Source: an uncultured Thermoplasmatales archaeon (GTDB lineage Archaea; Thermoplasmatota; E2; DHVEG-1). From it: a DNA stretch of 32,022 bases. The notes beneath the pieces are model-generated. The model ran no database searches. It worked only from the letters and a program-made list of their open reading frames with translations, and was not told where the DNA came from. Positions 1 through 8,348 of the stretch are shown here, piece after piece; position 1 is the first letter of the stretch; every line of letters begins with the position of its first letter. The position numbers and the translations under genes were made by a program. The stretch is from assembly GCA_964517155.1 (NCBI GenBank), contig CAZFAZ010000067.1:1-32022 (forward strand). The letters run 5' to 3'.

Positions 1-13
1 CCTGCCGGGCCCA
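1..13 (+). tRNA. Possible 3' end of a tRNA cut by the window edge (T-stem 3' side, acceptor strand CGGGCCC, discriminator A)
   Basis: GC-rich CCTGCCGGGCCCA in an AT-rich context resembles archaeal tRNA 3' ends (e.g. Val/Ile with a GGGCCCG acceptor stem) and is followed by T-rich sequence. Only 13 nt are visible. Confidence 0.35.
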
Positions 14-48
14 TAACTTTATTTTAAGTATTTTATTGCAGGTTTTTA

Positions 49-969
49 ATGAAACACGTAACAATTAGCATATTTCACGATGAAAAACTTGTAAGTGAAC
101 TTGGTAAAAAAAGCACAGCTAGCGATATTTTAATGTCTAACAGAAAAACAGATGATTGTATATTTACGTTCATGTCACCTGTTGAAGATAAACTCACTAC
201 AAAAACTATGATACTTTCTACAATTGATTTTGCAATTATTTCTTGTGAACAAATAACTTCAGATGTAGGTGAAACAATTCTTCTGTTAGATTCAGTTGGT
301 ATAAAAGAGGGAATGATAATTGTTCCAGAATATTCAGATACAACACAACTTACAAATCTAATAAAAGATACAACACTTCAAAATTTTACAATAACTGAAA
401 AAAATATTTCAAAAATAATGCAGATTCTTGAAAAGATAAACCCTGAAAGAAACATATCTGCACCACCTGTAATAATAGTTGATCATTCTTTTAGTGTAAA
501 AGGTGTTGGAGAAGTAATCCTAGGAGTTGTGAAACAAGGAATTATTCATAAGCATGATAAACTGATGCTTCTACCAATAAATAAAGAAGTAGTAATACGC
601 TCAATTCAGATGCAAGATAAAGATTTTGACGAAGCATCAACAGGATGCAGAGTAGGACTTGCAATAAAAGGTGCAACTGCTGAAGAGATGAAAAGAGGCT
701 CTGCATTCACAGTTTCTGATGCTGCAAAAACAGATACAAAGTTTACACTAAAATTTACTAAAAATCGTTTTTATCCAGAAGTCAAAAAAGGAGTATTTCA
801 TGCAACAATTGGAATGCAAAGTATACCTATTACAATAACAGACATAAAAGAAAATACTATTACAATTGAAACTGAAAAACCAGTTTGCTATACAAAAGAT
901 GACAACTTTATTTTACTTGATTTAAATGCTAAAAAACTGCATCATATAGGAAATGGAAAAATAGTATAA
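49..969 (+). CDS. Archaeal SelB-like protein (aSelBL; EF-Tu domain 2 with degenerate G domain)
   Basis: EF-Tu/SelB domain II motifs VDHSFSVKGVGEVILG, IRSIQMQD, GCRVGLAIKG, EMKRG; no P-loop in the short N-terminal region. Confidence 0.8.
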   Translation: MKHVTISIFHDEKLVSELGKKSTASDILMSNRKTDDCIFTFMSPVEDKLTTKTMILSTIDFAIISCEQITSDVGETILLLDSVGIKEGMIIVPEYSDTTQLTNLIKDTTLQNFTITEKNISKIMQILEKINPERNISAPPVIIVDHSFSVKGVGEVILGVVKQGIIHKHDKLMLLPINKEVVIRSIQMQDKDFDEASTGCRVGLAIKGATAEEMKRGSAFTVSDAAKTDTKFTLKFTKNRFYPEVKKGVFHATIGMQSIPITITDIKENTITIETEKPVCYTKDDNFILLDLNAKKLHHIGNGKIV

Positions 970-974
970 GCATC

Positions 975-2087
975 TCATTGATTTATAGTTACAAACTTTT
1001 GAAGTCTTTTAAAAGCATGCATTTTTTCTTTATCACCAATATTTGCCTGAGAGATTCCTTGTTTTATAAATTCGGTCGACTCATCCATAGATTTGCGATC
1101 TACTTCAAAAGGTACGCCGTCTTTTCCTCCGTGAGCAAAGCTGAACTTCACGGGGTCATTCCATGAAGGTTTATCACCATAAATAAGATCAGAAATAAGC
1201 GCCAAAGCCCGCACTGTTTTAGGGCCAACGCCTTTCAATGATAGAAGTTCCTCATAGTTTTTAGGTTGAAAATCATAGATTTCCCTCATTTTATTCCAAT
1301 TAATGCTACGGGGCATATCAAGACTTACTATAGCTCTAGAATAATTATTACCAGCCCATTCATCCAAAGTAGTCTGAGTCTCAAGTCTGGTAAGTGATGC
1401 CCAATCATTTACAAGATGACGAGGATGATCTTTTACCAAATCGACACAAGTTTTCTGAGAAGAGACACTGTTTTTTGAAACCATATTAAGAACCTTACCA
1501 GCATTTTCTCCAATAATTGAACTATGCGGATCTTTTATAAAGCTATCAAAGCCCGACAACCAGTGATACCGGCGAGCATAATTAGTATCAGAACACATTC
1601 CCTGCTGAATTACAGACCATTTACCACCTTCAGTAAACAAAAAAACATGATGATACAGAGTATGACCATCTTGAATTGCAGTATTATCTACTTTTGCACT
1701 CATACGACTTGAATACTGTAGTTCTTTTATTTTTGAATCAGTGAAACTAAAGGTTTCTCCGATTTGTTCTATTTGCTGAATGGTTTTTCTCGAGGCTTTT
1801 CCTTTGCCACCTGCTATTGCAAAACCATGCTGCTCAGGTTTTATCGCTTCTTTAAGTGCACCACATGTAACAGTAGTTGTACCACTAGAATGGTAATCAT
1901 AGCCAAGTACACACGAAAAAGATTGAAACCAAAAGGTATCTGATATGCGTTTCAAAAATTCATCTTTCCCATATTCATTAATAATTACTTCGACAATTCC
2001 TTCGGAGAGTTTTACCATCCTATCAAATAACCACTTTGGTGCTTTACCACCATGCAAAGGTAGATTTGCAACACCTGTTCTTGCCAT
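975..2087 (-). CDS. DUF763 family protein (C-terminal helix-hairpin-helix)
   Basis: Motifs LPLHGGKAPKWL, HSSGTTT, AKVDNTAIQDG, W-x-VIQQGM, ARRYHW, LKGVGPKTVRAL, FSFAHGGKDG. Confidence 0.9.
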   Translation of the reverse strand: MARTGVANLPLHGGKAPKWLFDRMVKLSEGIVEVIINEYGKDEFLKRISDTFWFQSFSCVLGYDYHSSGTTTVTCGALKEAIKPEQHGFAIAGGKGKASRKTIQQIEQIGETFSFTDSKIKELQYSSRMSAKVDNTAIQDGHTLYHHVFLFTEGGKWSVIQQGMCSDTNYARRYHWLSGFDSFIKDPHSSIIGENAGKVLNMVSKNSVSSQKTCVDLVKDHPRHLVNDWASLTRLETQTTLDEWAGNNYSRAIVSLDMPRSINWNKMREIYDFQPKNYEELLSLKGVGPKTVRALALISDLIYGDKPSWNDPVKFSFAHGGKDGVPFEVDRKSMDESTEFIKQGISQANIGDKEKMHAFKRLQKFVTINQ

Positions 2088-2171
2088 AATAAAATCAAAA
2101 GTGTTAATTGTAGATTATAAAGTTTCTAAGAGTTGATTAAAAGTATTCTTGAGTTTTGAGACAAAGCCTGC

Positions 2172-2190
2172 GAATACTTTCAATGACCCC
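2172..2190. repeat. 19-bp direct repeat, left copy (GAATACTTTCAATGACCCC)
   Basis: Identical to 4182-4200; the two copies bracket the PIN-GNAT and ASCH genes. Confidence 0.9.
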
Positions 2191-2258
2191 TAAAAAAAGT
2201 ATTTAATAAAATAAAAGTACTATCTATCAGAAGAAATCAACAATTAATAGGTTAGAAC

Positions 2259-3773
2259 ATGAGAATATTAATTGATACTAACATTTTTATTTACCGTGAA
2301 GACGATCAACCCCTTAAAGAAAATTTACAAAGACTATTACGAATATTAAACGAGACAAATGTTACTATTCTGATTCACCCGGCATCTGTAAAAGAGCTAG
2401 AAAAAGACAAAGATAAAAAACGAAGAGAAACCACTCTTTCAAAAATAGAAACCTATCCTATTTTAAAAAAACCGCCAGAATATCAGAAAGATACCAATTT
2501 CACAGACAGCCTAGAAAAAGAAAAAAATATTCACGATGAAATTGACAACGCAATTTTATATACCGTGTATCGTGATGCCGTAGATTTTTTAATAACAGAG
2601 GATAAAGGAATCCATAAAAAAGCAAAGGAAATAAAAATTTCAGATAGAATCTTTCTAATTCAAGATGCTTTAGAATTCTTTGAGGAATATACAAGGACAA
2701 AACCATTAACAACACCGCCTGCACTCAAAAAAGATTTTGTTTATAATCTAGATATAAATGATCCAATATTTAGTTCCTTAAGAAAAGAATACACGGGTTT
2801 CGACAGCTGGTTTAAAAAAATAGCTCGAAAGGGGCGAGAATGCTTCGTAAGTTATAGATCTGATGGGAGCATCGGAGCTGTTTTAATATACAAAATAGAA
2901 GATGAACCAATAGAAGATAGCAGGCCGAGACTGCCAAAAAGAAAAAGAGTAAAGATATGCACACTAAAAGTTACACATATTGGTCATAAAATCGGTGAAC
3001 TTTTTATAAAAATGTGTGTCAAATATGCAATTAACAATCAGATTTATGAGATATATCTAACACATTTTACTCAAGAAGAAGATATGCTGGTGAATCTAAT
3101 AACTCAATATGGATTCTCAAAAGTTGCTATAAATAAAAATGGAGAAGACGTTTATCTAAAAAAATTAACAATTAAAAAAAATCAAACAGAAAAATTATCA
3201 TTTGTCGAAATAGACAAACAATATTACCCGAGTTTATATGATGGCAAAAAAGTAAAAAAATTCATTATACCAATCAGACCTCAATACTACAATAGACTTT
3301 TTACAGACTCAAAAGAAAGACAATCAAGCTTGACAGAATATTCAGGCGATTTCATAATTGAAGGAAACACTATTAAAAAAGCATATTTAACTCATTCAAA
3401 AATAAAGAAAATGACCCCCGGAGATATCATCTTATTCTATTTATCAAGAGGAACAAAACAACTAAGTGAAATACGACCAGTTGGCGCAATTGAGGAAGTG
3501 CATCAAGGAATTAAGGACAGCAACGACATCATCAAATACGTTGGTAAAAGAACCGTATACTCTAAAGAAGAAATAAAGCAAATGTCTCAAAAACCAACAA
3601 CAGTGATTTTATTTCAACATCATTTTTATTTAGAAAAATCACTATCCTTAAATAAACTATTAAAGATGAATATATTGTCTGCAGCACCACAGACGATTAC
3701 AGAGATAGATCATAAAAAATATTTAATATTAAAAGAGGAGGGTGAGATAGATAAACGTTTTACTGTCAATTAA
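2259..3773 (+). CDS. PIN nuclease - GNAT acetyltransferase - EVE/ASCH-like (PUA) fusion protein; predicted toxin/defence component
   Basis: N-terminal PIN motifs ILIDTNIFI and DFLITEDKG; GNAT-like KICTLKV...GHKIGELFIK...YGF; C-terminal PUA-like KKAYL...MTPGDIILFY...APQTIT. Confidence 0.8.
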   Translation: MRILIDTNIFIYREDDQPLKENLQRLLRILNETNVTILIHPASVKELEKDKDKKRRETTLSKIETYPILKKPPEYQKDTNFTDSLEKEKNIHDEIDNAILYTVYRDAVDFLITEDKGIHKKAKEIKISDRIFLIQDALEFFEEYTRTKPLTTPPALKKDFVYNLDINDPIFSSLRKEYTGFDSWFKKIARKGRECFVSYRSDGSIGAVLIYKIEDEPIEDSRPRLPKRKRVKICTLKVTHIGHKIGELFIKMCVKYAINNQIYEIYLTHFTQEEDMLVNLITQYGFSKVAINKNGEDVYLKKLTIKKNQTEKLSFVEIDKQYYPSLYDGKKVKKFIIPIRPQYYNRLFTDSKERQSSLTEYSGDFIIEGNTIKKAYLTHSKIKKMTPGDIILFYLSRGTKQLSEIRPVGAIEEVHQGIKDSNDIIKYVGKRTVYSKEEIKQMSQKPTTVILFQHHFYLEKSLSLNKLLKMNILSAAPQTITEIDHKKYLILKEEGEIDKRFTVN

Positions 3774-4137
3774 ACCAAAATATGTTGAAAAAATATTAAC
3801 AGGAGAAAAACAATACGAGTTTAGAAAAAGAATTTTTAGAAATAAAAATGTAGAAAAAGCAGTCATCTACTCAACCGCTCCTACAAAAAAAATAGTCGGA
3901 GAATTCAGCATAGGAAGTATTATTGAAGATGATCCAGTTAGATTATGGATAGAACTTCAAGAGGTATCTGGTATAGATGAAAAAGAGTTTTTTGAATATT
4001 TTAAAAATCTTAATAAAGGATTTGCAATAGGAATTGAGAATCTAAATATTTTTGATGAACCTATTGAACCAAATGAATTAATCAGTGATTTTTCTCCACC
4101 GCAGTCATTTTGTTATATAAATAGCAAAATGCCTTAA
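3751..4137 (+). CDS. ASCH domain protein, 128 aa (absent from the ORF track; apparent ATA start)
   Basis: Translates as (I/M)NVLLSIKPKYVEKILTGEKQYEFRKRIF...VIYSTAPTKKIVGEF...PPQSFCYI, with the ASCH GxKxxExR signature. SD-like GAGGAGGGTGA lies upstream; overlaps the upstream gene by 23 nt; stop TAA at 4135-4137. Confidence 0.85.
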   Translation: MNVLLSIKPKYVEKILTGEKQYEFRKRIFRNKNVEKAVIYSTAPTKKIVGEFSIGSIIEDDPVRLWIELQEVSGIDEKEFFEYFKNLNKGFAIGIENLNIFDEPIEPNELISDFSPPQSFCYINSKMP

Positions 4138-4181
4138 GAATTTTAGATGAATAGTCTCTTTTTGTATTAATTAATAAAAAT

Positions 4182-4200
4182 GAATACTTTCAATGACCCC
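4182..4200. repeat. 19-bp direct repeat, right copy (GAATACTTTCAATGACCCC)
   Basis: Identical to 2172-2190, offset by 2010 bp. Confidence 0.9.
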
Positions 4201-4391
4201 CTTTTTAGATATATAAACTAGAAGAACGTATATGGTCTTAGAATGACGATAAGATACGGGGGACATGCCAGCCAAACTGGCATCTCTGCCATATATTTCA
4301 GATTTAATAAATTAAGCATCCCAAATTCCCATCCCCTCCTCTTTTTTTCTTTTATGACACTTTTTTAATATTACCACTTGTATTCACTTAG

Positions 4392-6365
4392 TTGTTTATG
4401 CAAAAGCAGCTTTCATCATTTGATATCTATGTAATTGTAAATGAGTTAAAAAATCTCAAAGATGCATACATAGAAAAAATATATCAGCTTTCTCGTGACG
4501 AGATTTTAATTAAAGTAAAAAATGTAAATACAAAACAAAAAGAACAACTTTTTATCAGAAACGGAGAACTAATATGTCTTTCAGATAACGAGTTTCAAAC
4601 CCCTGAAAAACCCTCTAGTTTTGCAATGGCGCTTAGAAAATATCTAACAAACGGTAGAATAAAGGATATAATTCAGCATGAGTTTGATCGTATAATAAAA
4701 ATTATAATAAGTAAAAAAGAAGGAGATTACACTTTAATCTGCGAATTTTTTTCAAAAGGAAATATCATTCTTGTAAACCCACAAGAAAACATAATTGTAC
4801 CACTTATCAGAGAAAGCTGGGCACATAGAAAAATTAAAGGTAAAGAACAATACACTGCACCCCCTCCACAGATAAATCCATTTAAACTTAGTTTTGATGA
4901 TTTTAAAAAACGCTTCAAAGAAAGCACAAGTGATATTGTCAGAACTCTTGCTGTAAGTATCAATTTAAGTGGCTCTATTGCAGAAGAAATATGTATTAGA
5001 AGCAATGTAGATAAAAAAACATCTGTAAATGATGTTGATGATGAAACTTTATCAAAGATTTTTGAAAATATCCAAAGTTTTCTCAATATTTTTATTGATA
5101 AAAAATTCCAACCAACACTTATTAAAAAAGATGATGAAATAATTGATATTTTACCATTTAAATTTGAAAAATATACAGATGCAAAATTCGAAAAAATAGA
5201 AAATTTCTCCAAAGGCCTAAGTTTTTTTATAAAAAAGCAAAAAACAGAAGTTAAAAAAGATAAATCTTTTGAAAAATCACTTGGTAAACTTGAGCGCCAG
5301 CTTACACAGCAAAAAGAAGCAATTACAACAATTGAAAAACAAATAAACGAGAAAAAAATTGAAGGAGATCTTATCTATCTTCATTATCAAGAGATAGAAG
5401 AACTACTCTCTGAAATTAAAAACATATTAGATTTAAAAGAAAAAGATGAAAAAATACAAGAGTTAAACAATAAAAATATTGTTAAATTTTTTAATCCAGA
5501 AGAAAAACTTTTAATTTTAAATTTATCTGATACAACCGGTAAAGTTTTTGAGGTAAAAACAAGTTTTAGATTGTCTGTTTCTCAAAATGCTGAAAAAGCA
5601 TATGATGAAAACAAAAAACTTAGAAACAAACTTGCAGGCACCCAAAAATCGATAAATAATACTTTGGAAGAATTTGAACAACTTAAAAAAAGACAAAAAA
5701 CAATTGAAAAAGAATCTGAAAAACGCGCTGTCAAAAACAAAAAAATTTTCTGGTTTGAGCGTTACCGCTGGTTTATTAGCAGTGATACAAATCTTGTAAT
5801 CGGCGGTCGTGATGCTAAAACTAATGATAAAATTGTTAAAAAATATCTAACAGATAAAGATAGATACGCGCATGCAGATGTGCAAGGTGCACCAAGTATC
5901 ATTATCAAAAACAAAAACATCTCTGATGAAGAAGTAAAAATTTCAGATGATACACTTGAAGAGGCTTGTATTTATGCAACAAGTTTTAGTAAAGCCTGGA
6001 AGCAGTTTGCTGAAGCTCAAGCATATTGGGTTTTACCTGAGCAGGTAAGTAAAACACCTCAGAGCGGTGAATTTGTACCGCATGGTGCATTTATCATACG
6101 TGGAAAACGTAATTATTATCGTTGTAAACTTGAACTTGCAGTCGGTGAAATAGAGTTAGAAAAAGTTAAAAAAATTATGTGTGGGCCAATATCTTCCGTT
6201 AAAAAATGGTCAAAAAGATATATTGTTTTAGTTCCAGGAGATACAAAAAAAATTGATATTGCAAAAAAACTAAGTAAAATATTTGATGTAAATGTTGATG
6301 AAGTAGATCGCGTAATTCCTGCGGGTGGCTCAAAGATTATTGATAACGTAGGTGTAAAATTATGA
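4392..6365 (+). CDS. rqcH: Ribosome quality control factor Rqc2/RqcH (NFACT / FbpA-like); start may be the ATG at 4398
   Basis: LSSFD, IYQ, PSSFAMALRKYL, QHEFDRI, GNIIL, coiled coil, WFERYRWFISS, GGRDAKTND, HADVQGAPS, QVSKTPQSGEF, GAFIIRGKRN. Confidence 0.92.
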   Translation: MFMQKQLSSFDIYVIVNELKNLKDAYIEKIYQLSRDEILIKVKNVNTKQKEQLFIRNGELICLSDNEFQTPEKPSSFAMALRKYLTNGRIKDIIQHEFDRIIKIIISKKEGDYTLICEFFSKGNIILVNPQENIIVPLIRESWAHRKIKGKEQYTAPPPQINPFKLSFDDFKKRFKESTSDIVRTLAVSINLSGSIAEEICIRSNVDKKTSVNDVDDETLSKIFENIQSFLNIFIDKKFQPTLIKKDDEIIDILPFKFEKYTDAKFEKIENFSKGLSFFIKKQKTEVKKDKSFEKSLGKLERQLTQQKEAITTIEKQINEKKIEGDLIYLHYQEIEELLSEIKNILDLKEKDEKIQELNNKNIVKFFNPEEKLLILNLSDTTGKVFEVKTSFRLSVSQNAEKAYDENKKLRNKLAGTQKSINNTLEEFEQLKKRQKTIEKESEKRAVKNKKIFWFERYRWFISSDTNLVIGGRDAKTNDKIVKKYLTDKDRYAHADVQGAPSIIIKNKNISDEEVKISDDTLEEACIYATSFSKAWKQFAEAQAYWVLPEQVSKTPQSGEFVPHGAFIIRGKRNYYRCKLELAVGEIELEKVKKIMCGPISSVKKWSKRYIVLVPGDTKKIDIAKKLSKIFDVNVDEVDRVIPAGGSKIIDNVGVKL

Positions 6366-7408
6366 AGGTTGTCTTCAAAGATTTAAAACATGGCGAAGTA
6401 AAGGTTGTTGCAGAAAATCTTGATGACATATGGCATCTTTATAATATAATTGATGTAGGTGATCTGATAAGAGCTGTTACTTTTAGAACTGTCGACGATG
6501 GAAAAGAGGATAAACTTCGTTCAAAAAAATCTGATAAGAAACGCATGAAACTTGGGATATTAGTTGAAGAGGTAAAGTTTCATGAGTTTTCAGATAGACT
6601 TAGAATACATGGTAAAATTGTTGAAGGACCTCAGGATTTAGGTTCTTTTCATACACTAAATGTTACTGATGAATCAATGGAGCCTATCTCAATTGTTAAA
6701 AGTAGTTGGAAGCATTATCATCTAAAACGTATTGATGAAGCAGTGCAGCAAAGAAACGAGCCTGTTGTAACCTTTGTATCTCTTGATGAGGATACTGCAA
6801 CTGTTGCAGTGCTACGTCAAAGTGGTATACAATATATTGCAGATGTATCCTCTAAGCGTTCTGGTAAAATGTATGATTCACCAGATACTATAAATGATTA
6901 TTTTGCTGAGATATTATCTGTTCTTAAAACAAATAGTAAAACAGGTGCAGATTTAGTTATAGTAGGCCCTGGTTTTAGTCGTGAACATTTTATAAAATAT
7001 GGATGCGAAAAAAATCCTGAAATGTTTACTAAATATCATGTTCACAGTACAGGTCATGCTGGTATGAATGGAGTTCAAGAAGCGATAAAAACAGGAATTG
7101 TAAAGCAGATTACTCAGGAAAACAGAGTAGTTTTTGAAACAGAGCAAGTTGAAAAACTATTTGAAGAAATACGTAAAAGTGGTCTTGCAGCCTATGGTTT
7201 TGTAGAAGTACAGCATGCATTAAACAGTGGCGCTGTTCAAAGGCTGCTTATAACAGATAAATTAGTTCGAACAAAAGAAGGAGAAAAACTGCTTGATATC
7301 GCAAAACAAAACAATAGTGATTTTACAATAATAAATACAATGCATGATGCAGGTAAAAAAATAGAAGGAATAGGTGGCATAGGAGCCATTTTAAGATTCA
7401 AGATTTAA
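6362..7408 (+). CDS. pelA: Pelota (mRNA surveillance / ribosome rescue protein)
   Basis: ENLDDIWHLYNII, RLRIHGKI, GSFHTL, VIVGPGF, AYGFVEV..A..GAVQRLLI, GGIGAILRF; ATGA overlap with the upstream stop. Confidence 0.95.
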   Translation: MKVVFKDLKHGEVKVVAENLDDIWHLYNIIDVGDLIRAVTFRTVDDGKEDKLRSKKSDKKRMKLGILVEEVKFHEFSDRLRIHGKIVEGPQDLGSFHTLNVTDESMEPISIVKSSWKHYHLKRIDEAVQQRNEPVVTFVSLDEDTATVAVLRQSGIQYIADVSSKRSGKMYDSPDTINDYFAEILSVLKTNSKTGADLVIVGPGFSREHFIKYGCEKNPEMFTKYHVHSTGHAGMNGVQEAIKTGIVKQITQENRVVFETEQVEKLFEEIRKSGLAAYGFVEVQHALNSGAVQRLLITDKLVRTKEGEKLLDIAKQNNSDFTIINTMHDAGKKIEGIGGIGAILRFKI

Positions 7409-7450
7409 TTATTTTGCCTAAAATAAATAGAAATATAGGTCTAATGAAGA

Positions 7451-8200
7451 TTAATTTTTACCTGGTAGACCTAACGTACTATATGTTTTTGGCATTGATG
7501 TAGTAAGTCCGGTTTCAACTAAATCATCATTATTTGTATATTCTTCTTCAAGATTATAGTAGTAATAGTTATATGTTATCTCAGGTGTGAAGCTGTCTTT
7601 TCCAAGTTTTTCTAAAAGCAACATTATCGGTCTTAATATGCTCTCACCATGTTTAACTGATACTTCTAATGTGTATGTTTGAGTCAATCCTGTAGTTGAT
7701 AGGTTTTCAGCAAGTTTTTCTTCTGCATCATTCATATCTTTTGCTTTTATCTCATAAATATTTATAGGACTTGAGCAGAATACGTTAATAGTTTCATTGC
7801 CTTTACCTGTAATCTGTTTTGAACCTACTTCGTTTTCATTTTCATCATAAACGGTTATAGTTATAGTGTTTTGTCTACCTTTTTTAAACAAGAAACCAGG
7901 ATCTTTATCTTCATATTCAACATATATGTCAACGCCTTTTAAGTTATCAGATGATACTTCAAATGTACCAACATATGGTTTTTTGTTTTTCATAGTATAC
8001 TCAGAATTATCCAATGATAATACACCTGAACGTTCTTCAACATTTACTTTGTAAACAATCAATTCGTCTTCTTCTGGTATTTTATCATCTGGTTCTGTAT
8101 CAGTATATAAAATCACGCCTATTGCTGCAATAATTAGTATTACAACTGCTGCAGCCGCAATTATTTTATCGCTTTTTTTCAAATTCATAATTTTCACCAT
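7451..8200 (-). CDS. Hypothetical protein with N-terminal membrane anchor and acidic extracellular region
   Basis: Basic N-terminus followed by hydrophobic IIAAAAVVILIIAAIGVILY; no family recognised. Confidence 0.65.
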   Translation of the reverse strand: MVKIMNLKKSDKIIAAAAVVILIIAAIGVILYTDTEPDDKIPEEDELIVYKVNVEERSGVLSLDNSEYTMKNKKPYVGTFEVSSDNLKGVDIYVEYEDKDPGFLFKKGRQNTITITVYDENENEVGSKQITGKGNETINVFCSSPINIYEIKAKDMNDAEEKLAENLSTTGLTQTYTLEVSVKHGESILRPIMLLLEKLGKDSFTPEITYNYYYYNLEEEYTNNDDLVETGLTTSMPKTYSTLGLPGKN

Positions 8201-8348
8201 GGTATTTTATAATTTTAATACTATTTTTCTATATTTATAAGTATATTTATACCTTTATTAAGTTTTTCCTCAAATATTTATAAATATACTAATCTAATAA
8301 TAATTAAGGACTAAATAATATTTAAATCTTTTGTTTTTTATAAATATT

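Noticed and set aside
49..969. Functional SelB / selenocysteine system
   Set aside because: No GTPase motifs, and no tRNA-Sec, SECIS or UGA-readthrough gene seen in the window.
2140..4200. Integron cassette (attC) or IS interpretation of the repeat-bounded module
   Set aside because: No RYYYAAC/GTTRRRY ends, no integrase or transposase, and no terminal inverted repeats shared by both ends.
4243..4302. Second C/D sRNA starting at ATGACGA
   Set aside because: No correctly spaced D', C' or D boxes.
8231..8288. Near-palindromic ATATTTATAARTATA present twice (8231-45, 8274-88)
   Set aside because: The region is extremely AT-rich, so chance or TATA-like sequence explains it; it cannot be supported as an operator or origin.
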